A DNA stretch of 63,244 nt, counting the filler. It is 14 parts of 14 records of this genome, joined end to end, with 100 filler letters (N's around TTAATTAATTAA, not from the genome) between each part and the next. Parts side by side here need not be neighbours in the genome. Positions count along the whole stretch, not along the records: positions 1 to 4,881 come from SRR15195285_875; positions 4,982 to 8,457 come from SRR15195285_877; positions 8,558 to 12,042 come from SRR15195285_878; 11 more parts are not named here. One strand, given 5' to 3'. The translations under genes and the position numbers were made by a program. Each line of letters begins with the position of its first letter. Within the stretch, counting starts at the first letter, position 1. Below the pieces are notes generated by a model. It did no database searches. It was given only the letters and a program-made list of their open reading frames with translations, and was not told where the DNA came from. Positions 1-8,984 of the stretch are shown one piece after another.

Positions 1-425
1 AACCGCAGTGCCAGGGGCACTGCTGATTCCTGCATGATTTCTGTTGGAAAACCGAAGTCGTTCCTGCATCGTGCATCTGCACGCATGCGAAGGCACCCGG
101 CCGGCCGCTCGACGGTGGATCGCCGCAGGCGCGCCAGTGGATCGGAGTGCCTCCCACGCACGCAACGCAGGCCGCCGCGGGGCTGCGTGCGAGCTGCTGT
201 TCCGGTAAATAGCTGGCCAGCAGGAAGCTCCCGCGCGGCCTGGACGCCCCTGGTCTGGTGGTCTGGGCGTGTTGCCTGGTTGGAATCCGCAGCGCGGCCG
301 GGTGCTGGTGCGGCCGGGAGCTGTGCAGTCTGCTGGGTCTGGACGGCTGTGGCGCATGTGCGGGTCGCAGGGCTCGAAGGGTTAGCGACGCGGGGCTGGG
401 CATAGCGCTTGTGCGGACCAGCGGG

Positions 426-1670
426 ATGAGCTCGCGCAGCAAGGGCAAGGGTAAAGGTGCGACGCCGCGGGGCGAGCTGCAGTTCGACGCCAACTTTGAG
501 TCTGGCAATCTGGGAGAGGTCACGAGGCTGAACGACGCAGAGTTTGATATCAGTATCCGGCCGGATACAAACAACCCGAAGTACCGGCTTTGGTTCTATT
601 TTCGGATTCGCAACGCAAAGGCAGGCCAGCGTGTGCTGTTTAACGTCGTCAACCTCTGCAAGACCCGCAGTCTGTACCGCGAGGGCATGGCTCCCTGCGT
701 TCGCACCACAGCGCAGCCCAAGTGGGAGCGAATGCCCAGCAAGAGCGTTTTCTATTACCGCTCGCCGGCACACGGCCAAAGCTACATCATGTCGTTCGTG
801 TACGTGTTCGAGCAGGCGGCAACAGAGCACTTCTTTGCCTACTGCTTTCCGTACACTTACACCGATCTGCAACGGTATCTCTACCGGCTGGAGCGGCGTG
901 CGCTGCCGTTCGTGCAGCGCGATGAGATCGCGCGAACATTGCAGCACCGAAGGCTTGACCTGCTGACGATCACCGCGCCGGATGAGGAGTCCAGCGGGCC
1001 GAAGCTTGCCACCGTGTTCGTCACTGCGCGAGTGCATCCTGGGGAGACCCCGGCGTCCTTCGCATGTCAGGGTCTCATCGATTGGCTGACTAGTGACGAC
1101 CCCGGTGCGGTGAAGCTCCGTGATAGAACGGTCTTCAAAATTGTGCCGATGCTCAATCCAGACGGAGTATTCCTCGGCAACTATCGTTGCTCGTTCGTGG
1201 GTGTGGATTTGAATCGGCAGTGGCAGGCTCCTGGGCCGCTCGCACCGGAGCTTGTGGCAGTCAAAGCCTTGTTGCAGCAGGCAGCGCAAACTCAACCCCA
1301 ATTGGCAGTGTTTATCGACATACACTCCCACTCTGCGAATTTAAACAGCTTCATGTACTGCAACTCTCACGACGACACAGACAGACTGGAGGCCGAGACA
1401 GTACTACCAGGCTTGATGGATGCGCGATCACCTTACTTCTCGTTCGCGTCGTCGAAATTCTGTCGCGATCCGAATAAGGCGGGGTCTGGAAGACGTGCTC
1501 TGTCATCCACCGAGGCGCACTGTTATACCTATGAAATTTCCAACTACGCAGCGCTGAATGCAGGAACCGGAACGGTCGTGCCTTTCGATATCGATAGCTA
1601 CACTGAGCTCGGTCGCAGTATGGGCCTAGCCTTCGCCGATTATTATACACCAAGTGAAAGACACAAGTGA
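426..1670 (+). CDS. AGBL4: Cytosolic carboxypeptidase 6-like (M14D tubulin deglutamylase)
   Basis: FDANFESGNL and RLWFYF N-domain motifs, Zn ligands in ARVHPGE and DIHSH, PMLNPDGV.LGNYR..GVDLNRQW, CYTYE. First ATG at 426 (MSSRSKG). No introns. Confidence 0.88.
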   Translation: MSSRSKGKGKGATPRGELQFDANFESGNLGEVTRLNDAEFDISIRPDTNNPKYRLWFYFRIRNAKAGQRVLFNVVNLCKTRSLYREGMAPCVRTTAQPKWERMPSKSVFYYRSPAHGQSYIMSFVYVFEQAATEHFFAYCFPYTYTDLQRYLYRLERRALPFVQRDEIARTLQHRRLDLLTITAPDEESSGPKLATVFVTARVHPGETPASFACQGLIDWLTSDDPGAVKLRDRTVFKIVPMLNPDGVFLGNYRCSFVGVDLNRQWQAPGPLAPELVAVKALLQQAAQTQPQLAVFIDIHSHSANLNSFMYCNSHDDTDRLEAETVLPGLMDARSPYFSFASSKFCRDPNKAGSGRRALSSTEAHCYTYEISNYAALNAGTGTVVPFDIDSYTELGRSMGLAFADYYTPSERHK

Positions 1671-1875
1671 GAACATGCGGCAGCTATTGCTGTGCTACAG
1701 CACACGACTCATGCTTGGTGGCTGTACTCAGCACACACTTGTGTTGCCTGGTGTGTTGCCTGGTGTCTAACAACACGTGTCGGCACTTGTACTGGTATAC
1801 ATAAAAAGAATCATGACCTTAAAATTTGAAACAAAGTCCCGTGGGATCTACAAGAAAATGTGGTCGAGCCAACAA

Positions 1876-4773
1876 TCAATGCCCTCCTCCGCCAGCGCTG
1901 GACGCTCGTCCCTTGGGGACAGCCATGTCCGCTGTGAAGATGAGACCCGCCGCCTCCCAGTCGTCCCCGCCGTGACCGTCATACCCAGCCCGCTTGCCGC
2001 GCGCGTTGATCGTCGCCCTCCATGGCATCGTCGAGTCGCCCGGGATGCTGACTTGGGCGACCAGAGTAGGGTCCTGCGTGGAGCCCACACTAGGGTCCAT
2101 CCAGAACACAGCACCGTTCGGGACAACAAGATCCTGGGTCGCGGACCAGCTATCAAAATCGATGCCAATGGTGGATAGATGGTTGCTCGTCTCGCCTTCA
2201 TCCCACAACACCTCACCAATAGTCAGCCAAGAATCGTGCGCTGCATCGTCAGATGTAAGCGACCACAGTGACGGGTTCGTTCCGCCGATGCTCACGCCAA
2301 ATGGCGCAGCCACTTGAAAAGCGGCCGGGATGACCATCTGTTCAGCTGCTCTGCCAGCGTCCTCGCCTTTCACGACCGCTGGGCTCCCGAAGATGGCATA
2401 CACATTCTTGACATCTGACGACATGAACGACAACCCAAGCTGATACGTGACATACTGGTTGGTGGCGTCACTAGCCACCTGCCAAACGATTGGGTGGACA
2501 AACTCTACGTCTGACACGTTGCCTTTGAATGCACCATTGCGCTGGCAGGTGTGCGGAAATTCGCAGTTGTCGCGACCGGTAGCAGTGCAAGTGGTCCCAT
2601 CCGGGCAATCACCCTTGCGAGCGATTGTTGGGTAGTGAGAAGGTCCAGCAGGTGCGCACACCCGGTCGCATATGTCACCAACACGCAGCGAATCATGACC
2701 GCTTATGCCTGGAGCAACGTGGGCTCCCTGCTCCGGGTTTTGCAAAATGCAGGACCCACCGCGGAACCCATGCACAACGGCGCCCTTTGCGCCTGTCCAC
2801 TCATCGCATGTCCTGTTGCCGAACGGCGTGTAGCCGGCTCGGCAAAAGAACTGGCAGATGTATCCAGGTGGCCCCGTGCAGTTTGGGACCATCTGGTCTG
2901 GAATATATTGTGGACACGACCGCCCATCCAATCGAGAGCACTCCGCCCATGTCGGCAGGAAACTGTCGTCGCAACCGTCAGCGCTTCGTGCCATGCTGCC
3001 AGGGCGGAAGCGTCCCGGGGAAGGTGGCGCAGGTGCTTGTTGTCCCATTTCGGGTACAGGTAGTGCATCTGCACCGTCCGGGAAATTGCCACGTGTACCC
3101 GACCTTGTAGACGGTGTTTCGCCCGTGGATTCCGGATAGTAGTCATCCCCACCGGGAAGTGAGAACGTTGATATTCCAGGGTCACCATTCGCATCCAAGG
3201 GCGCCATGCTACCGGGATCGCTGGCGGACATTGGAGCCGCTGCTGGTGCGGTCTCCGCCTCCGGCGCAGTCGTCCCGGGGCCCGCAGCAAGCATCATCAC
3301 TCCGACTATGCCAAGCGTGAAGCCGGCTGCTACCGGCATCGCTCGGGAGGCGATCGGGCTCTCCGCCCTCCGCCTCTTGAACTGCCGAATGACCCGTGCC
3401 CCTGGGGCCGTATCATCTGTTGGAAGTTCCATTGAAAACTGTTGCATCTCTTGTGGCGTGGTGCAGCCGTCGCCACTGGCGCCAGATGCTTCTGACATCA
3501 AGCCGACGCCAGCTGGCGCTGCGCCTACGGAAATACCGGTCTGACCTGCGTCGAAGTTCTGGAGTGGAGCGGCTACCATCGTCGGCGGGGGCTGCGGCTC
3601 CGGCGGTGGAGGTGTGCGCTGTTTAGACTTGGTCGAGCCCGCGTCCATCTGCTCGTAAATTGCAGCACGCTCGCCCGTGAAGTGGCTTAGCACACGCTCA
3701 CAGTCCAAACACGGAACGTCGCGCGAGCACGCCGTTCGCGTCCCGCGCCGACGGATGATATGGTTGCGAAAGCTGGCAGAGCATGACGTGCAGTACGGTG
3801 GCCCATCATAGCCGAACTTTCGCCAAAAGATGCCAAGCCCTCCGTGGTCAGTTCTGCTGCACAGTGGACAGGCAACTTCAGGTCCGCCGTCGGAGCTTGC
3901 GCCAGGACGGGAGTACGTGCCACGAGACATTGGCTGAGCTTCGTCCATTGCCGCAAATATTTCCGCGTGGGGCTTGGTGAAGTGCACTAGGACCTTATTG
4001 CAGCGGTCGCACGGCACCTCCCGTGTGCACTTATCCGATGCCACCGTGCAAGTTAACATGTGCGACCGGAACACGCACGAGCACCGCGAGCAGTAGGCCG
4101 GCCCTTCGTAGCCAAATTTCTGCCAGAAGTGTCCAAGGCGATGGTGGTGTTCTCCGCACAGAGGACAGAGCCCTGCGTTCGTGCTAGACTTGCCTTTCGT
4201 GGCAGCTGGCCGCCGGTCGGGCGCAGCGACGAGCATCGGTACAACTGTCTCCAAAGGCTCCAGCTTGCCGACTGCCGGCACTCCCACGACGTCTTGCTTC
4301 ACACCGGGGCGAGGGTCGACCCAGGTGGTCGTCCTGGTCGTGTGGTCGATGAAGAAGGGGCGGCCGTTGGCCGCAGTGCGCATCTCCCAGTTCGGCGGCA
4401 GGCCGAGAAGGTCGGGGGGCGCGGAGGCCCGGGCCTCGAGCGGGGGCGTGACGCTGTCGCTGCCCGGCGAGCACGGGAAGGGATTGCCCAGGTCCTGTCG
4501 CAGGGCGCTCGGCGGCGTGTCGCCGAAGTCCGACGAGGAACCCCCGCTGTCGGAAAACTCGTCGGTCAGGGCGTCGAACGCGTCCCCATCCATGGACGGG
4601 TCGCTGTCCCACGACCGTGGAAGCTCCACCAGCCCGACGCCGCTCACGGGCTGCGCCCCTAAAATCGTGAACGGGTCCGCCCACGCTTCGATCGGCACGG
4701 TCATGTCGGCCGAACCATCCCCCAGCGCGTAGGGGTTCTCGTAGCCCTCGTCCTTGATCGCCGGCGCCTCCAT
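1876..4773 (-). CDS. Type II membrane protein: acidic N-terminus, WW domain, two Cys6 repeats, NLS, TM helix, lumenal sushi-like and C-terminal beta-rich domain
   Basis: About 965 aa from ATG 4773. WW motif [32 protein letters not shown] (~4306-4401). Repeats at ~3979-4167 and ~3679-3870. KRRR followed by hydrophobic [20 protein letters not shown] (~3280-3339). Sushi-like [28 protein letters not shown]. Confidence 0.85.
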   Translation of the reverse strand: MEAPAIKDEGYENPYALGDGSADMTVPIEAWADPFTILGAQPVSGVGLVELPRSWDSDPSMDGDAFDALTDEFSDSGGSSSDFGDTPPSALRQDLGNPFPCSPGSDSVTPPLEARASAPPDLLGLPPNWEMRTAANGRPFFIDHTTRTTTWVDPRPGVKQDVVGVPAVGKLEPLETVVPMLVAAPDRRPAATKGKSSTNAGLCPLCGEHHHRLGHFWQKFGYEGPAYCSRCSCVFRSHMLTCTVASDKCTREVPCDRCNKVLVHFTKPHAEIFAAMDEAQPMSRGTYSRPGASSDGGPEVACPLCSRTDHGGLGIFWRKFGYDGPPYCTSCSASFRNHIIRRRGTRTACSRDVPCLDCERVLSHFTGERAAIYEQMDAGSTKSKQRTPPPPEPQPPPTMVAAPLQNFDAGQTGISVGAAPAGVGLMSEASGASGDGCTTPQEMQQFSMELPTDDTAPGARVIRQFKRRRAESPIASRAMPVAAGFTLGIVGVMMLAAGPGTTAPEAETAPAAAPMSASDPGSMAPLDANGDPGISTFSLPGGDDYYPESTGETPSTRSGTRGNFPDGADALPVPEMGQQAPAPPSPGRFRPGSMARSADGCDDSFLPTWAECSRLDGRSCPQYIPDQMVPNCTGPPGYICQFFCRAGYTPFGNRTCDEWTGAKGAVVHGFRGGSCILQNPEQGAHVAPGISGHDSLRVGDICDRVCAPAGPSHYPTIARKGDCPDGTTCTATGRDNCEFPHTCQRNGAFKGNVSDVEFVHPIVWQVASDATNQYVTYQLGLSFMSSDVKNVYAIFGSPAVVKGEDAGRAAEQMVIPAAFQVAAPFGVSIGGTNPSLWSLTSDDAAHDSWLTIGEVLWDEGETSNHLSTIGIDFDSWSATQDLVVPNGAVFWMDPSVGSTQDPTLVAQVSIPGDSTMPWRATINARGKRAGYDGHGGDDWEAAGLIFTADMAVPKGRASSAGGGGH

Positions 4774-4881
4774 GCCCTCCCCGACCGAACCCACAGCGCA
4801 CAGCCGCACGCACCGACCGCTCCCGAGCGCGCCGCTCACATACACCGCCCCAGCGCCGAACGACAGCGTCCGTACGCCGCT

Positions 4882-4981
4882 NNNNNNNNNNNNNNNNNNN
4901 NNNNNNNNNNNNNNNNNNNNNNNNNTTAATTAATTAANNNNNNNNNNNNNNNNNNNNNNNNNNNNNNNNNNNNNNNNNNNN
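4882..4981. other. Artificial contig-joining spacer (first of 13)
   Basis: N44-TTAATTAATTAA-N44 (stops in all six frames). It recurs at 8458, 12043, 15465, 21572, 25823, 29913, 34230, 37655, 43335, 48958, 52941 and 59544, each 100 nt long. Confidence 0.99.
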
Positions 4982-5105
4982 ACCTTTCCGTATGGTCATA
5001 ATTACTTAGTAACTACTAGTATATTAGTAAAAGTCCGGTGTCGCGCGGCGACCGCCCATTCGACGTCCCGCCCATCGCGAGCAGGGGACGCTCCCACGGC
5101 AGCCG

Positions 5106-7547
5106 ATGAGCGGCGAACTTCCGGGCCTGATCGATACCCAGAGCGCCGTGGAATCGTCGGCGGTGCGTGGCCATCTGGTCAGGGACCGACATGTTGCGGT
5201 GTACAGACCATCTTCTGCTGAGGTGACACCTGAGGAGGAAATCGAGATTGTTCGCCTTGTCCCTTCGGAGGTTGGCCCGCGGCGGGTCTGGCCCGAAGGC
5301 GGGGAGACGACCGCAACTGCAGACCGCGGCGTGGTGCCGTCGCTCGAGCACATCGAGGAGCGCGGGGTTTCTGCGGCCTTCCTGCAGCACCTCGTCGACA
5401 CCCGTCTTGGCGATAAGCGCTTGGCAAAGGATGCGAGCATAGCGGCGGCAGGGCATCTGCAAGAGCGCATCGAGCGCGTGAAGGGGGAAATTGCGCGGGT
5501 GCAGACGCGGGCGAGCGAGGAGCGGCGTGGGGCTAAGGCAGCCCAAGGCAGCGACGCGAGGCAGCGTCGCGTGGTCGCTGGCCAGGCGGAGCGAGAGCTG
5601 TTGGTGCTGGAGCGCGGTTTGCGCCAACACGAGAAGGACCTCGCTTGGCGAGAGACCAAGCCGTACTTGACCGCGCGGGATGTACACAAGCTACTAGTCG
5701 TGAAAGAGACAGAGGAGCGAATGGTCCGCTACGTCGAGCTGCCAGGCGTGTGCGACGGTTTCGATTCGGAGACGGGCAAGTGTTTCGTTGGGCAGGCGCA
5801 GTACTTTTTCAGCTACAGCTGGGACTCGCCGTGGGAGGATGTGGTCGGCGCGCTGGTGGCGCACAGCGCACGGATCGTTGAGGCAGGGCGGCCGCCGCCG
5901 TATTACTGGATTGACATCTTCGCGGTGAACCAGCACACGCGGGACGCCGCGGTCAACGGCCATGCTGTGTGCGGAGCGTGTGAGGAGTGCCGCAAGAACT
6001 CGTTGTGCCCACCATGTCCGGCATGTGCCGCAAGTTACTGCAATGGTTGCCCTGGCTGCGCGGCAGTCTGGAAAGACATGCATGACTGGAGTCGACCTGT
6101 CGGCCACCCAGCTAAAGGATTCGAGCGGGTGATCAAGCATGTCAAACACACGCTGGTGCTAAACGAGCCATTGGATAACCCGAGGCCCCCTACACGTGTA
6201 TGGTGCCTGTTTGAAGGCTACACCACTCTAGCCTGCCACGGTAAGCTAGAAGTGGTGCTTGCTCCACGGCATCATGACGATCTTCAGCTGAGCTTAGAAA
6301 AACAGTTCGCCTACCTGCAGGCATACGTCAGTGGCATCGACAGCCGGCTGGCAGAGGCCACGGTGGAGCAGGATCGAACAAACATCTTCGCTTCGATCGA
6401 GAGGCTGGAGGGTGGGTTCGAGAGGCTGAACGATAAGATGCAGAAGGCGCACTGGCGCTGGCTTGCGGAGACCGCGGATGGAATGCTGAGCCGCACTGAG
6501 CCCAGCAAATTACGGGAGCGTTGCAGCCGCTGGTGTGCTCTTTGTCAAGCTGCAAATGCTGCCGCGACGCACGCCGAGCTCGCAACGAAGGTCGGATGGC
6601 TCTGGCTCAGACTGGGCGAGGCAAAGGCGGCCGAAAAGATCTTTCGTGCTGCGCATGAAAAAGTGCAGCGCATGGTTGGTACTGACGACTCAGAGCACAG
6701 TTACATCGTCGCGCCTGGATTGACGCGAAGCCTGTGCGAGCTCGACAGGCCGAAGGCTGAGGCGCTGCTGGCTGAAGTTAAAGCGGCGACAGAACGGAGC
6801 GCGCGGAATGGCTGCACGCGGCAACGCAATTTGAATTTTGGCAGCGAATGCCTTGGCTTTGTCAGAGCCTCGGGGTGGAAGCGCCGTGGCCCTATGTTGC
6901 GCGCTCGCATGGCGGCGGCGGCACGATTGCCGGACGCCGAAGTACTGGCACTACTGACTGAGGCGGGGAAGACCAAGTTTGGCGAGAAGTACTGCCTCAG
7001 CGACAACGAGCCGGAGTGGGCTGAGCTCCGAGCTCGGATGGCTCCGGATGGCGAGGGCACTGCAGAGGACCGCGCTGTGTGGCAGGCTCTGCCACAGCTG
7101 ATGCGCTCGGCGGGAGACAACGCTCTCTCGCCGTGGGTCAAGTACACACACAACGGTCGGAGCTACTACAAGCACGACAACCGAAAGTATGCCACGTTGA
7201 GAAAACCATCGGTTTTGGAAGGTGTGCGCCAGGAAGCTGAGGTTGATATGCCAGGACTCGCACTCACAGCAGATCAGTGGGAGAGTAACTACTTTAGGCT
7301 GGGTGGCCCGGACAGATGGACGCTACAGCAGTACGAAACATATCTATATCGCCAGCGGATTTTGAGGTGCAAGTGTACCGGTGCATCTGAGCTTGTGCCT
7401 CCTGTGCCTCCAGATTGGTTTCTCTGGTGTCTCCAATGTGTGGTTTCTCCAATGTGTTTTTGTATCCTCATCATCCTCATCATCATCTGTTGTATCATCA
7501 TCATTGCAATTTGGGCAGAATGGGTACTGGCCAACGTACCCAACTAA
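5106..7547 (+). CDS. Uncharacterised 813-aa protein with HET-like domain, TPR-like helices and C-terminal TM anchor
   Basis: YFFSYSW..YYWIDIFAVNQH..TRVWCLFE motif set, typical of HET-like/kinesin-light-chain-associated protist proteins. TPR-like GWLWLRLGEAKAAEKIFRAA. Ile-rich TM at the C-terminus. Confidence 0.8.
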   Translation: MSGELPGLIDTQSAVESSAVRGHLVRDRHVAVYRPSSAEVTPEEEIEIVRLVPSEVGPRRVWPEGGETTATADRGVVPSLEHIEERGVSAAFLQHLVDTRLGDKRLAKDASIAAAGHLQERIERVKGEIARVQTRASEERRGAKAAQGSDARQRRVVAGQAERELLVLERGLRQHEKDLAWRETKPYLTARDVHKLLVVKETEERMVRYVELPGVCDGFDSETGKCFVGQAQYFFSYSWDSPWEDVVGALVAHSARIVEAGRPPPYYWIDIFAVNQHTRDAAVNGHAVCGACEECRKNSLCPPCPACAASYCNGCPGCAAVWKDMHDWSRPVGHPAKGFERVIKHVKHTLVLNEPLDNPRPPTRVWCLFEGYTTLACHGKLEVVLAPRHHDDLQLSLEKQFAYLQAYVSGIDSRLAEATVEQDRTNIFASIERLEGGFERLNDKMQKAHWRWLAETADGMLSRTEPSKLRERCSRWCALCQAANAAATHAELATKVGWLWLRLGEAKAAEKIFRAAHEKVQRMVGTDDSEHSYIVAPGLTRSLCELDRPKAEALLAEVKAATERSARNGCTRQRNLNFGSECLGFVRASGWKRRGPMLRARMAAAARLPDAEVLALLTEAGKTKFGEKYCLSDNEPEWAELRARMAPDGEGTAEDRAVWQALPQLMRSAGDNALSPWVKYTHNGRSYYKHDNRKYATLRKPSVLEGVRQEAEVDMPGLALTADQWESNYFRLGGPDRWTLQQYETYLYRQRILRCKCTGASELVPPVPPDWFLWCLQCVVSPMCFCILIILIIICCIIIIAIWAEWVLANVPN

Positions 7548-7849
7548 ACATCACTGGTGCAAGGGCAGCCGGACCGATTCACTCTTCTTCGTGTCGACAC
7601 CGACATACTGCAACAGAAGATTTTGATATTTTGACACTAAATTAATGCTACATTACTGTTCGTCTTCTTCTACTTCATCAGTAATTTTCTCGAGAACCAT
7701 TGCGTGCCGCCGCTGCATGATTCCGTTTTCGGGTCTTGAGCGATTGTCGACTGCTCCCAATGTATCTCACGTCAACATTAAGGCCGGACTACCACACATT
7801 GAGCCTAAGAATTTCTTGGTGAGTGGTAAGCTTTCGTAGATTGCCCCTA

Positions 7850-7929
7850 GGACACTTGAGGAAAGGGCGCTAGGACACTTGTTTGGGTGGCAACGGACAC
7901 TTTAACGGCCGACCCCGAGACGGACACTT
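7850..7929 (+). repeat. Four iterated GGACACTT motifs
   Basis: Copies at 7850, 7873, 7895 and 7922 (spacing 23/22/27). The first two extend to CTAGGACACTTG and the last two to ACGGACACTTTAACGGCC. Confidence 0.9.
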
Positions 7930-7967
7930 TAACGGCCCGATACCCGAGCGATTACGGCAGGTATGGT

Positions 7968-8405
7968 ATGACACACAACCTCGACAAATTACCACCACAC
8001 ACCGAGAGACACTTGTATCACACGCGTCTCGAAAAGGTCATCGGGCTACACTTGGAGGAGCGGGATGAGCTACACAAGCAGATTGAGAATTTAGAAGAAG
8101 GAAAGGGTTACATGCTCGAGTCGGAGCACTTGCGCGAGATCAAGGAGTTGAAGGAGAAGCACAAGCAAGAACTAGAGGACGAGACTTACCGGGTAGAGAA
8201 GAAGAAGGAGATGGAGAGGGTGGAGTTGGAAAGCAAGGTAGGTGATTTAGAACATCAAATCAAGATGTTGTTGTGGGACATGAAGTGTAGTGGAGTGAAA
8301 CCATCCAAAGCGATGAATGAATTACCACCCGACACAAATGAAACCAATGAATCGTGTGAACCCTCAACGGAACAAGAAGACCTCGATGAGATTTACAAGC
8401 AGTAA
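7968..8405 (+). CDS. Small E/K-rich coiled-coil protein, possibly of mobile or viral origin
   Basis: Intronless 145-aa ORF from ATG 7968. Its purine/A-rich codons differ from the GC-rich host genes. Confidence 0.55.
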   Translation: MTHNLDKLPPHTERHLYHTRLEKVIGLHLEERDELHKQIENLEEGKGYMLESEHLREIKELKEKHKQELEDETYRVEKKKEMERVELESKVGDLEHQIKMLLWDMKCSGVKPSKAMNELPPDTNETNESCEPSTEQEDLDEIYKQ

Positions 8406-8420
8406 CTAGAGGTTTACACT

Positions 8421-8457
8421 CAGACACAAATAGATACAAATAGACATAAATAGAAAT
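8421..8457 (+). repeat. Degenerate 10-bp tandem repeat running into the contig end
   Basis: CAGACACAAA TAGATACAAA TAGACATAAA TAGAAAT. Confidence 0.8.
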
Positions 8458-8984
8458 NNNNNNNNNNNNNNNNNNNNNNNNNNNNNNNNNNNNNNNNNNN
8501 NTTAATTAATTAANNNNNNNNNNNNNNNNNNNNNNNNNNNNNNNNNNNNNNNNNNNNGCTTCTGGGTGTAGCCTGCAGTTTCCGCAATTGGTCGACGGGT
8601 CGCGCGGAGCTGATGCTACAAAGCGAAACCAGTCAGAATCCCAGTACTACTGATTCTGCGATACAGACTTGTGATACTAGTATGGAGCGTTACCTGGGTT
8701 TAGGTAGGTACTAGTAGTATGTGGTACAGCCGTTAATGCATGCGGCGCCGCGGTGACGTGTCAGCAATAATTTTGAATCACGACGAACACAACGCTGCCT
8801 CCTGGCGCAGTGGTGCGCACATGTGACGTGGTCCCTGGCGAGGGACGTGCGACCAGCGCCACGTGGCATCGGACGGCATCGAAGAAACTGAAGAGCGCGG
8901 GCGGAGGCTTGGATGATCAAGAGGGACACAGTCTGATTAACTAGGTGTCACCGCACAACATACTTCAAGACGCTACGCCACCGC

